From Candidatus Thorarchaeota archaeon (GTDB taxonomy: Archaea; Asgardarchaeota; Thorarchaeia; Thorarchaeales; Thorarchaeaceae), in the NCBI GenBank assembly GCA_029858305.1, contig JAOUFI010000055.1, positions 1-13,755 of the forward strand: a stretch of 13,755 bases of DNA, written 5' to 3'. Below are positions 6,696 to 13,755 of the stretch, piece by piece. Position 1 is the first letter of the stretch; every line of letters begins with the position of its first letter. The position numbers were made by a program, and so were the translations under genes. Under the pieces are notes generated by a model. The model ran no database searches. It was not told the origin of the DNA and worked only from the letters and a program-made list of their open reading frames with translations.

Positions 6696-8560
6696 TGTTT
6701 GGAGTGGGTGGTGAGGTCATCTGGGTCAACTTGACGACTGGAAGCATTGAGAAAAGACCCATTGATGAGGATATGGTCAGAAAATACCTCTTGGGAGCGG
6801 GATATCTCTCAAGAGTACTCTATGATATGATTCCTGTAGGTACAGACCCCTTAGGAAAAGATAATGTTCTGGGATTTGCCACAGGTTTGCTCACTGGTTC
6901 CATGTTCCCTCAGTCATCAAGGCATGTCATTGCAGCATTATCTCCTCTGACCAATATATGGGGTGAGAGTCATGCGGCAGGATTCTGGGGGGCAGAATTG
7001 AAGTTAGCAGGCTATGATGCCATTATGTTCACCGGAGCATCATCAGTACCCATGTATCTGCATATTGAAGACGCGAAAGTCGAGCTCTTAGATGCCTCGC
7101 ACCTATGGGGAAAGGATGTGTTTGAAACCGATGACATGATTCGGAAAACGCACGGAAAAAGGTGCAGAGTCCTATCAATCGGGCAGGCTGGAGAAAACTT
7201 GGTCCGCTTTGCAGCCATCATGAATGACCGTGATCGAGCTTCTGCTCGGTCTGGCCTTGGGGCTGTTATGGGCTCAAAGAAGTTGAAAGCCATCTCAGTC
7301 AAGGGGACTGGAAAGATTGAGGTTGCAGATCCGAAGAACTACCTGAAGAGGATGGATGAGTTTTATGAGAGAATGCTGTCAAATGCGTTCACTCCAGGTC
7401 GTGTGAAGTATGGTACGACTAGTCTAGTGGAATTGATGCAACATATAGGAAGACTTCCAAGCTACAACATGCGTCAGGGTGTGTTCGAAGGGTACGACAA
7501 GATAAGTGGAGATGCCATCAATGAGAAGTATCTTGTCAAAGCAAGATCTGACTGGTCCTGCTTACAGAGATGCGGAAGATATACTGCAGTAAGGAGCGGA
7601 CCCTACTCCTTTGAGGGTGGAGCACCTGAGTTTGAGACACAGTCAGCTATGGGTTCACGCTGTGGAAACGATAACCTAGAATCTGTTCTGTTTGGACATC
7701 ATTTGGCAAATCAGTATGGGATAGATACAATTTCCTTGGGAGGAACAATTTCGTGGGCAATGGAGGCATGGGATGAGGGACTCATCACCGCAGAGGACAC
7801 AGGAGGAATTGACCTCAGTTGGGGAAATGATGATACTATCATCAAACTTACAAAGATGATTGCCCTGAGAGAGGGATTTGGGGATATACTAGCTGAGGGA
7901 AGCGAACGAGCTGCACAGAGAATTGGACGTGGGACAAACAAGTTCGTCATGACTGTTAAGAAACAGGAGATTGCAGGTCAGGAACCTAGAGCCCAGAAGT
8001 CTATGGGACTAGCAGCGGTGACTGCAGCAAGAGGAGCAGACCATCTCTATGGATTCCCAGTTCTCGATGAAGCGGGATTTGATGAAGATATCAAGAAACG
8101 ATTTGGTGAAGAATACCTTCCTGAGATGGCTGATCGACTAAATCCAAAGTATAAGGGGATCATGGTGAAAGAGTGCGAGGATTTTATGGTCATGGTAGAG
8201 AGTGTTGGACTCTGTAAGTATGGTACACAAATCCCTCCTGAGTTCTATTATGATGATGTGGCTCTTGCACTCAAAGTGCATAATGGGTTAGACTTGACTG
8301 GTGCAGACCTTCAGGAGATTGGTGAGCGTATCGTGAACCTCAATCGGTTATTCAATGCACGATTTGGTGTCACTCGAAAGGATGATTGCCTACCTGACCG
8401 TCTGACAAAGGTAAAGGCGCCGCTTGGTCCCTCAGCTGGGGAAGTTGTCGAACTTGACCAGATGCTTGATGAATATTACTCTGTGCGTGGCTGGGACCAA
8501 GTCACTGGTCTACCTCTGAAAGAAACTCTTGAACGATTAGGTCTTGAGAATGATAATTGA
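6695..8560 (+). CDS. aor: Aldehyde:ferredoxin oxidoreductase (AOR/W-pterin family), full length
   Basis: VNLTTG, DPLGKDN, SPLT, AAGFWGAELKLAGYD, IGQAGENLVRFAAI, RSGLGAVMGSKKLKAI, YGT, PEFET, GIDTIS, QEPR, RGADH, VGLC, LDEYYSVRGWD. GTG start with upstream GGAGG. Confidence 0.95.
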   Translation: MFGVGGEVIWVNLTTGSIEKRPIDEDMVRKYLLGAGYLSRVLYDMIPVGTDPLGKDNVLGFATGLLTGSMFPQSSRHVIAALSPLTNIWGESHAAGFWGAELKLAGYDAIMFTGASSVPMYLHIEDAKVELLDASHLWGKDVFETDDMIRKTHGKRCRVLSIGQAGENLVRFAAIMNDRDRASARSGLGAVMGSKKLKAISVKGTGKIEVADPKNYLKRMDEFYERMLSNAFTPGRVKYGTTSLVELMQHIGRLPSYNMRQGVFEGYDKISGDAINEKYLVKARSDWSCLQRCGRYTAVRSGPYSFEGGAPEFETQSAMGSRCGNDNLESVLFGHHLANQYGIDTISLGGTISWAMEAWDEGLITAEDTGGIDLSWGNDDTIIKLTKMIALREGFGDILAEGSERAAQRIGRGTNKFVMTVKKQEIAGQEPRAQKSMGLAAVTAARGADHLYGFPVLDEAGFDEDIKKRFGEEYLPEMADRLNPKYKGIMVKECEDFMVMVESVGLCKYGTQIPPEFYYDDVALALKVHNGLDLTGADLQEIGERIVNLNRLFNARFGVTRKDDCLPDRLTKVKAPLGPSAGEVVELDQMLDEYYSVRGWDQVTGLPLKETLERLGLENDN

Positions 8561-8578
8561 CATATTAAAAGTCTAATC

Positions 8579-8824
8579 TCAGTCGCATGAAGCGCATACA
8601 TTCGTAACTGTATCCTTTATCCCATCCACTCTGCGGAGTTCGTTGACTACAAAGGAACTAAGAGCTTCAGGTGTCTTGAAGACACATTTGATGAGAAGGT
8701 CATAGGCCCCATAAATTAAGTGAGCCTCTTCAACTTCATCCAGAGTCCGGATCATATCTAAGATACTACGGGACTTTGTAGACTCTATCTTAGCCATGAT
8801 GAATGCTATTATCAATATCATCAC
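8579..8824 (-). CDS. Stand-alone Lrp/AsnC ligand-binding (RAM) domain protein without HTH
   Basis: AFIMAK, VEEAHLIYGAYDLLIK, FVVNELRRVDGIKDTVT pattern, about 78-81 aa. The exact start is uncertain (GTG 8824, ATG 8821 or TTG 8815); AGGTG SD-like sequence. Confidence 0.85.
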   Translation of the reverse strand: MMILIIAFIMAKIESTKSRSILDMIRTLDEVEEAHLIYGAYDLLIKCVFKTPEALSSFVVNELRRVDGIKDTVTNVCASCD

Positions 8825-8860
8825 ACCTTTTCTTCAAAACTACGATAACATTCTAGTTTG

Positions 8861-8874
8861 ATATAACTTTCTCC
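8861..8874 (-). promoter_or_regulatory. BRE-TATA promoter for the Lrp-domain gene
   Basis: The minus strand reads GGAGAAAG-TTATAT, a purine-rich BRE directly followed by a TATA box, about 40 nt upstream of the start. Confidence 0.55.
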
Positions 8875-9009
8875 TTGGGTTGTTATTCAGCTCAATTGCG
8901 CTTTGGCCCATTCTCTTCAAATGACGATTGGGGTGGATGATGATTCAGGAAGCTTAATAGCAGTGAAATTATCGCCTCCGAAGTAATCCATGGAGGTCCA
9001 TGTCTAACC

Positions 9010-9477
9010 ATGATAACTCCTAAGACCACTGCGCCTGGAAAGACTGTGAAGAAAGTCAAGACATCGACTTTTGAGCCCAGGATTATGGCATTCTGCTGTA
9101 ACTGGTGCTCGTACGCCGGGGCAGACTTGGCAGGCACAAGCAGGATGCAGATGCCTCCAAATGTCCGAATCATTAGGGTCAATTGTACAGGGAGGATTGA
9201 CATCTCTTTCATCCTTGACGCACTCCATCAGGGTGCTGATGGAGTGTTGGTATCTGGATGTCATCCGGGGGATTGCCATTATACCAGTGGGAACTTGAAG
9301 ATGAAATCACGATTTGTTCTTCTGAAGAGGTTACTCGAAGAGGCGGGATTTGACCCTGAAAGAGTGCATCTTCAGTGGGCATCTGCTGCAGAGGGTGATG
9401 TCTTTGCAGAGGGTATAACAAGCATGGTCGAGCGAATCACAAAGCTTGGACCAAATCCAGTGAGGAAAGGTGACTGA
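9010..9477 (+). CDS. mvhD: F420-non-reducing hydrogenase [2Fe-2S] subunit D (MvhD/VhuD/FlpD)
   Basis: FEPRIMAFCCNWCSYAGADLAG, IIRVNCTGRID, GADGVLVSGCHPGDCHY..GN, ERV..W.SAAEG, LGPNP. GGAGG at 8992-8996. Confidence 0.96.
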   Translation: MITPKTTAPGKTVKKVKTSTFEPRIMAFCCNWCSYAGADLAGTSRMQMPPNVRIIRVNCTGRIDISFILDALHQGADGVLVSGCHPGDCHYTSGNLKMKSRFVLLKRLLEEAGFDPERVHLQWASAAEGDVFAEGITSMVERITKLGPNPVRKGD

Positions 9478-9479
9478 AC

Positions 9480-10394
9480 ATGGTCAAGAGAATTGCGCTG
9501 GCGCAGCTCACCTCATGTTGGGGATGCGACCAGTCCCTTCTGGACCTACATCTAAAACTCCTCGATGTACTACCCTCGCTAGATATTGTATATTGGCCCG
9601 CAGTTGTGGACTTCAAAGTGGCAGACCTCGAATCAATGTCAAATCACTCTATTCACTTCGGTTTCGTTGAGGGAAGCTGTCGAACAAAGGAAGACGTACA
9701 CCTACTCAAGTTAATGCGTCAGAAAAGTAAGATCCTGGTTGCTTGGGGCTCATGCTCAGTGTATGGCGGAGTTCAAGGGCTAGGAAATCAATGGGAGCTG
9801 AAGGATTTACTAGAGAGAAAATTTCTCAAGGCTGACACTATCACGGAGGGAAGGATTCCAGACGAAAATCTTCCAGGCTTCACTGAGCATATCACACCAA
9901 ATCCGGATATTGTGGATTTTGACGCAATTTTGCCAGGCTGCCCCCCCACAAGTGAGAATACAGCTGAGGCACTGACTGCACTCATCACAAGTAAATCATA
10001 CGACCTCCCCGATAAGACAGTATGTGACCAGTGCCCAAAGGAGAGGAAAGAGAAGAAGATCAAGAAGTTCTACCGGACTCACCAAGGTCACATTGACCAG
10101 AACAAATGCCTCCTTGACCAGGGCTATCTTTGTCTGGGATTCGCAACCATAGGACTCTGTGGTGCACAATGCCCAACAGTGAACGCTCCTTGTAAGGGCT
10201 GTTTCGGTCCGCCTCCGAGTATCAAAGACCATGGTGCGAAGATTATCTCAGCCTTAGGTGCTGTTGCGGATATGCCTCCGGAGGAACTTGAGAGGGCCTT
10301 TCCAGACCCATTAGGGTCATTCTATTTTACAGACTATGCATCATCCTATCTCTCAAAAATTCGTGGCAAACAGAGGAGTAAGAAGACGAAATGA
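9480..10394 (+). CDS. mvhG: [NiFe]-hydrogenase group 3c small subunit (MvhG/VhuG)
   Basis: SCWGC, EGS, WGSC...GG, PGCPP, VCDQC, CLL..G..CLG, CGAQCP, CKGCFGP. AGGTGA SD; ATGA overlap with mvhA. Confidence 0.94.
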   Translation: MVKRIALAQLTSCWGCDQSLLDLHLKLLDVLPSLDIVYWPAVVDFKVADLESMSNHSIHFGFVEGSCRTKEDVHLLKLMRQKSKILVAWGSCSVYGGVQGLGNQWELKDLLERKFLKADTITEGRIPDENLPGFTEHITPNPDIVDFDAILPGCPPTSENTAEALTALITSKSYDLPDKTVCDQCPKERKEKKIKKFYRTHQGHIDQNKCLLDQGYLCLGFATIGLCGAQCPTVNAPCKGCFGPPPSIKDHGAKIISALGAVADMPPEELERAFPDPLGSFYFTDYASSYLSKIRGKQRSKKTK

Positions 10395-11707
10395 CAGAAA
10401 GAGAGAAGACCATCAAGATTGCCCCAGTGACCCGATTAGAAGGCCATGGGGAGCTCACTGTCAAGTTGACGAAGACAGGAAAGGTAAAGGATGTTCAATT
10501 CAATGTTTCCTCTACACGATTCTTTGAAAAGTTCCTGGAGGGTAGATTTGCAGAGGAGGCTCCACGGATTGCACCGAGAATCTGCGGTATTTGCCCGGAA
10601 CCACATCACCTTGCTGCTACCAAAGCCGTCGAGGCTGCCTGGGATGTCACGCCCCCTCCAGCTGCGATAAAACTGAGACGCCTCCTCATCAACGCAAAGC
10701 AGTTCAGTAGTCATGCACTTCATTTCTTCGCCCTAGCAGCTCCAGATTTTCTAGCTGGACCTTTTGGAGAACCCGCTCTGCGCAATGTTGTAGCTATCAT
10801 AAAAGCCATGCCAGACGTGGGTAAGATGGCCTTAGAGATGATGCAATTCGGACAGGACCTTGCTGCAGCAGTGGGCGGTAAAGCAATACATCCAGTTACC
10901 TCGATACCAGGAGGCATGCTTAATCCATTCTCCGAAGAAAAACGAGATCTGTTTCTGAAGCGTGTTGGACAAGCAAAGAAACAGACACTCGAAACTGTTA
11001 CTCTTGCTAAGAAAGTTGTTCAGGACTACTGGGATCCCATTACAAAATTAGCAGTGACGCCAACATACTATATTGGGATGCACAACAAAGGGAACCTCGA
11101 AATCTTTGATGGAAACTTGAGGGTCATGGATCCCAAGGGTAAGATTGTTGCAGACTTTAAACCTAAGGACTATCGAAAATACTTCGGGGAGTATGTACCA
11201 GAGCATAGCTATGCGACTCACATCTACTACCTCCCAGCAGGATATCCCGCTGGTATCTGGCGTGCGAATACACTTGCTCGTGTAAATGTAGCAGATAGGA
11301 TGGCTACGCCGATAGCGCAGGAAGCACTCCAAGAGATGAGGGATGCTCTCCCAAGACCAATCCATGCGACGTTTGCATACCACTGGGCGAGAATCATTGA
11401 ACTTGTCCAAGCAATCGAAGAGATTGAAAACCTACTGAAGGATTCACAGATAGTCAGCAAGGACACGAAACTCTCAGACGTTGAACCAAAGAAGGGAGAT
11501 GGTGTGGGATGTGTCGAAGCTCCAAGAGGGACACTACTACACCATTATTGGACCGATGAGAGGGGTATCATCACCAAGGCGAATATGGTCGTCGCAACGA
11601 ACAACAATATTGCTGGAATCGAGAAGAGTCTGATGGTTGCAGCCAAGCAGATTTTCGAAGATAAAGCACATGAAGGCCTAAAGTTTCCTGATCCAATGAT
11701 CAAGTGA
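10391..11707 (+). CDS. mvhA: [NiFe]-hydrogenase group 3c large subunit lacking the C-terminal L2 motif (VhuA-type split subunit)
   Basis: PVTRLEGHG, RFFEKFLEGR, L1 motif RICGICPEPH, SHALHFF.LAAPDF, GGKAIHP...PGG, LARVN, VEAPRGTLLHHY, ANMVVAT. Ends ...AAKQIFEDKAHEGLKFPDPMIK with no DPCxxC. Confidence 0.93.
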   Translation: MTEREKTIKIAPVTRLEGHGELTVKLTKTGKVKDVQFNVSSTRFFEKFLEGRFAEEAPRIAPRICGICPEPHHLAATKAVEAAWDVTPPPAAIKLRRLLINAKQFSSHALHFFALAAPDFLAGPFGEPALRNVVAIIKAMPDVGKMALEMMQFGQDLAAAVGGKAIHPVTSIPGGMLNPFSEEKRDLFLKRVGQAKKQTLETVTLAKKVVQDYWDPITKLAVTPTYYIGMHNKGNLEIFDGNLRVMDPKGKIVADFKPKDYRKYFGEYVPEHSYATHIYYLPAGYPAGIWRANTLARVNVADRMATPIAQEALQEMRDALPRPIHATFAYHWARIIELVQAIEEIENLLKDSQIVSKDTKLSDVEPKKGDGVGCVEAPRGTLLHHYWTDERGIITKANMVVATNNNIAGIEKSLMVAAKQIFEDKAHEGLKFPDPMIK

Positions 11708-11711
11708 TTCA

Positions 11712-13010
11712 CTATGCGGTAGCGAACTTAATTGTATACTTAGTTCCCAATACCTCAGAATCCTCAACAACATCCTCTACATGATAATTTGCATTACATA
11801 TGATTGATAGTCCATGAATGAGAACGATTCCGAGCCCGAAACCGGGTGCTACAGGACTTGATAGTGAGTCTGGTGAGTTCAAGAAATCTTTGATATCTGT
11901 CGGAAGTCCTCCACTTCGATCACTTATCTCTAGAACGACTTCGGACCTAGTCCCGATACGTTCTTGCACGTACAAGACTTTCGAACCATGCTTAAACGCA
12001 TTATCAAATATATTCCAGAGTATCTCTTTGATCAATGGGCATATCTTAATCATTGTACTCTCTGAGATGTTAATATCAATCTGGTGGGGTTCAAGAGAAT
12101 ACGCTTGTTGGACACGTTTCGCTGCCTGAGCAACAATTGACGAAAGAGATGTGAGTTCATGATTAACATTCACACGCGCTAGTAAACTGGTCAGGTCACA
12201 CATCTCATTTATGAAAATACTTGCATCATCTAATGTTTCTGATGCAATGCCAATATATTGTTTCTCAGCAGGAGAACTGCCTTGAATTAGTTCGAGCGTG
12301 CTCCTCGATACGTGAATGTAGTTTCGGATATCATGCTGGATGAGGCTAGACATGATTTGTGAAATCTGATACTGCTGCTCAAGATTATGTGTAACAGTCA
12401 TCGTGAAAAAGATCAGCATCGAAGCTCCAGTTACTATTACTCCTGCTGCCTGAAGAGTCACAACAAAGTCGTAGTACCATGATGGCAATATAATCACAAA
12501 TGGATAAACCAGCCATGAAATTGCCCATGTCAATAGTCCAACTATCAACCAAACTCTTGGCATGCCTTTGGAATCCTTGAAACTATAGACAGTTCTTGCA
12601 GAGAGTAAACAAACATATGCAATATGCAGACCCAAAATACCAAAAATCATGTAATAAGGCAGGCTCAATGCAATACCAGAGAGGGTTGCTAGGAAAATTA
12701 CTGACACGCCTGCTAAATAAAGGATAAGTCGACGTTGGGTCAACTTTGTTTCTCGACTTCCATCTAATATCAATGTAGAACCGACATAGAAACATGTCAA
12801 TCCAAGTATGTCAAGCAGAATAAGATTCTGAGGTGAGAAAGCAGATTGGATTCCACCTATTGAGTAAATAACCCATCCAAATGCCCAGAATCGATAGCCG
12901 GGCTTTGTTGAATAACGGAAGAGACCCCAGCTTACAGTCCCATACAGCGTTAGAAACGCTATAATGAAAACTGTATTCAAAATGAGATCTACACCCTGCA
13001 TTATTCTCAT
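11712..13010 (-). CDS. Membrane sensor histidine kinase (about 7 TM N-terminus, HisKA + HATPase_c)
   Basis: About 210-aa hydrophobic multi-pass N-terminus. H-box QHDIRNY, N-box WNIFDNAFKHG, G1-like ISDRSGGLP, G2 PGFGLG, terminal GTKYTIKF. Confidence 0.85.
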   Translation of the reverse strand: MRIMQGVDLILNTVFIIAFLTLYGTVSWGLFRYSTKPGYRFWAFGWVIYSIGGIQSAFSPQNLILLDILGLTCFYVGSTLILDGSRETKLTQRRLILYLAGVSVIFLATLSGIALSLPYYMIFGILGLHIAYVCLLSARTVYSFKDSKGMPRVWLIVGLLTWAISWLVYPFVIILPSWYYDFVVTLQAAGVIVTGASMLIFFTMTVTHNLEQQYQISQIMSSLIQHDIRNYIHVSRSTLELIQGSSPAEKQYIGIASETLDDASIFINEMCDLTSLLARVNVNHELTSLSSIVAQAAKRVQQAYSLEPHQIDINISESTMIKICPLIKEILWNIFDNAFKHGSKVLYVQERIGTRSEVVLEISDRSGGLPTDIKDFLNSPDSLSSPVAPGFGLGIVLIHGLSIICNANYHVEDVVEDSEVLGTKYTIKFATA

Positions 13011-13025
13011 TACTTCCAGAGTATT

Positions 13026-13086
13026 ATTTCACGAAATTTTCCAAAACTATATAATATAAAGTATTATAGTATAATAGTTATGTTTT
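13026..13086. promoter_or_regulatory. AT-rich divergent promoter with palindromic sites
   Basis: TATAATA at 13050-13056, perfect TATTATA-G-TATAATA at 13062-13076 and ATTTC-AC-GAAAT at 13026-13037, between divergent genes. Confidence 0.5.
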
Positions 13087-13170
13087 GCGGGGTTGTCCTG
13101 CTAGATTAATTCGAACCATTGTCGGTAGACCTATGTGTTGGTTTGATTGGCATTCATCTGAGTGAGAATA

Positions 13171-13755
13171 ATGGGACTAGCTGTAGAGTGCGGCAAATTC
13201 GTAAATGAGAAACACTTCCCGACATGGGGTATCATAGGCTCTATCATCGGACTTGTATTCATCCTCACCCCCCAGCTTGTATATGTGGGAACATATGGTG
13301 AACAATTTTCCATGTTCAACCACTATGTATCAGAACTTGGAGAGATTGGAGTTTCGCAGCTAGCCATGATGTTCAATCTTGGGATGATGCTAGCAGGTAT
13401 CTTCTTTGTTCCATTTATGATTGGGCTGGGACTGTATCTGAATAACATCATTAGCAAGCTAGCTGGACTTGTTGGAGTGTTCTCTGCATGCGCCATCTAT
13501 ATGGTGGGCATCTTCCCAATGAACTTCAGTCCCGAACACGGTATAGCAGCAATCTCTTTCTTTCTCAGCGGACTAGTCATGACTTTGCTTTGGGCGTTTG
13601 GTATTCTTACCCAGAAGAACGTGAGAATACCAAAGATATTCTCGCTTGGGGGCTTCATTACCGCGACAATCTTTGCTCTCTTTCTATATGGACCTTGGAC
13701 TGGGATAAGTGACATTGCCACACGCCAAGCATTCAACATGTTCGTCACTCTTGAG
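13171..13755 (+). CDS. DUF998 / Frag1-DRAM-Sfk1-like multi-pass membrane protein; 3'-partial (absent from the ORF track because it has no stop in the window)
   Basis: Manual translation: MGLAVECGKFVNEKHFPTWGIIGSIIGLVFILTPQLVYVGTYGEQFSMFNHYVSELGEIGVSQLAMMFNLGMMLAG...MVGIFPMNFSPEHGIAAISFF... The YVSELG, FN, VGIFP and H.IAA pattern fits DUF998. Frame open to the window end. Confidence 0.8.
   Translation, partial: MGLAVECGKFVNEKHFPTWGIIGSIIGLVFILTPQLVYVGTYGEQFSMFNHYVSELGEIGVSQLAMMFNLGMMLAGIFFVPFMIGLGLYLNNIISKLAGLVGVFSACAIYMVGIFPMNFSPEHGIAAISFFLSGLVMTLLWAFGILTQKNVRIPKIFSLGGFITATIFALFLYGPWTGISDIATRQAFNMFVTLE

Noticed and set aside
8881-9009. In-frame TGA TGA upstream of mvhD as a Sec-containing N-terminal extension or hidden vhuU
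   Set aside because: The translation has no VhuU-like motif, and the GGAGG at 8992 supports a start near 9010.
9000-9023. Out-of-frame ATG (MSNHDNS-stop) right after the GGAGG before mvhD, as a uORF or frameshift sign
   Set aside because: It is only about 3 nt from the SD, and the MvhD frame from 9010 is complete.
11705-11722. TGA stop of mvhA as a selenocysteine read-through restoring the Ni motif
   Set aside because: Read-through gives only U-F-T-M-R then TAG, and the context DPMIK is not DPUxxC.
11709-11810. Alternative + frame after mvhA reading ...ILNNILYMIICITYD-stop, vaguely like the VhuU/L2 lead-in
   Set aside because: No Pro or CxxC, ends TGA-TAG, and it is antisense to the well-formed kinase C-terminus. 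Judged coincidental.
53-13748. Numerous 60-120 aa ORFs overlapping the main genes (e.g. 2429-2746, 6312-6659, 8892-9212, 11048-11410, 11818-12129, 13488-13712, 13497-13748)
   Set aside because: Antisense or alternate-frame shadows of well-supported genes, with no recognisable motifs.
1-13755. CRISPR arrays, tRNA/rRNA, IS elements, long tandem repeats
   Set aside because: None visible by eye. Intergenic gaps are short (about 210 nt at most) and there is no transposase or integrase ORF.

Overview
Gene-dense window of roughly 45% GC by eye. It looks archaeal: TATA/BRE-like promoters, GTG/TTG starts, tungsten AOR family, Mvh/Vhu hydrogenase and a stand-alone Lrp domain. An anaerobic archaeon, possibly Asgard-like, is an inference only. 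There are two blocks. (1) 1-8560 is a putative catabolic cluster bracketed by two related aldehyde:ferredoxin oxidoreductase (AOR-family) paralogs. It holds a PreA/DHOD-like FMN/2x[4Fe-4S] enzyme with a non-canonical active-site loop, an M24 peptidase, a PfkB kinase, a MoaD/SAMP sulfur carrier, a cyclic amidohydrolase and a DmsB-like Fe-S subunit. (2) 8579-13755 has a stand-alone Lrp/AsnC ligand-binding domain and an mvhD-mvhG-mvhA (vhuDGA-like) group 3c [NiFe]-hydrogenase operon. Its large subunit lacks the C-terminal Ni-binding motif and no vhuU gene is adjacent. These are followed by an orphan multi-TM histidine kinase and a 3'-partial DUF998-like membrane protein missed by the ORF track. 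No RNA genes, CRISPR arrays or mobile elements were seen.
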